From the NCBI GenBank assembly GCA_965235115.1, contig OZ249436.1, positions 13,518,001 through 13,582,000 of the forward strand: a stretch of 64,000 bases of DNA. Direction: 5' to 3'. How positions within the stretch are numbered: the stretch's first letter is position 1; every line of letters starts with the position of its first letter. Both the position numbers and the translations under genes were made by a program. Of this stretch, positions 63,304 to 64,000 are shown piece by piece. The notes beneath the pieces were generated by a model. That model was not told where the DNA came from. It worked only from the letters and a program-made list of their open reading frames with translations, and did not search any database. This DNA is from Laetmonice hystrix. Taxonomy: Eukaryota.

Positions 63304-64000
63304 TGCAAAAACCTCAAACGAAGATGACTAAAATCTGTAATTTGAATTATATATAATATGCGACAAAAATGTTCGTCATATGAAACATATTAAATGACAT
63401 TGAAAGTCAGGCCATAGTCTGGCTGGGTATACTGGTATTTAGTGGATTAGAGATTAATTTGTCTTTACATGAAGGTTTTCTTGCTGGGTTCACACCTCAC
63501 CTTCTGCATTAACGTAAAGGTAATCAGGGAAAGTGACAGCAAGACTGCTTTCATTTGTCCACGCATTCAACCTGCCGCTTTAAAAGTTCCCCATTGCCCT
63601 AATCCTCTAATCTTTGTCATGCTTGTAGCTGTCATTGATTTTGAAGCCTTGCTTTAGCGTATTAGTGTATTATTACCTGCCAGTGACAGTCGGCATAAAA
63701 GTGTTATGATTGAGTGAAGAAGCATATCATGAAAAGTTGATGGTATTTTCCTGTGCTCATTCTAATATCGCGTGAAATGTTCTCGACATTTTCCCAATCA
63801 AGGACAGGACCTTCTTTTATAGTGGCATGATTGCGTCATTGAAAATTTAATGAAGCTAATTGCAGTGTCATGTTATGTCTCCATAGCAGATACCTATAAA
63901 TTTCTCCTTTTTTGTCAGCATTCAATGAGAAAAGATTAATATTCTTTGAAAGGACACGTAGAAATGCAGTGGTTGTTTGTTTTGGTGTTACAGATTACCA

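Overview
AT-rich, intron-containing animal genomic DNA, most likely a marine invertebrate (inferred from gene structure and repeat types). I assembled three spliced protein-coding genes by hand. (1) A CCDC154-like coiled-coil gene on the - strand (19290..6024) with what look like two alternative C-termini. (2) CCDC124/Lso2 on the + strand (32823..35400, 217 aa). (3) A GT61-family (EOGT/POMGNT2-like) glycosyltransferase on the - strand (42224..39361, ~388 aa) with a signal peptide, C-terminal KEEL and a probable GC-AG intron. Introns and intergenic DNA are dense with non-autonomous DNA transposons whose termini and target-site duplications (TSDs) are readable: IS3EU-, Ginger-, pogo/Tc1-, Zator/Harbinger-, hAT-, MULE-, Academ- and Helentron-like. 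There are also three minisatellites and two (CAG)n tracts. Most notable: (a) a 3.6-kb multi-layer transposon nest upstream of CCDC124 containing two unrelated elements with a shared architecture (TA termini, almost no TIR, a hairpin near each end, 9-bp TSD); (b) a foldback palindrome of a transposase 5' end inside an Academ-like element; (c) a Helentron-like element carrying two tRNA-like Pol III cassettes; (d) strong, clustered enrichment of TAGGCCTA. From ~50.7 kb to 64 kb no gene could be supported. Superfamily assignments rest on termini and TSD conventions, not database searches.
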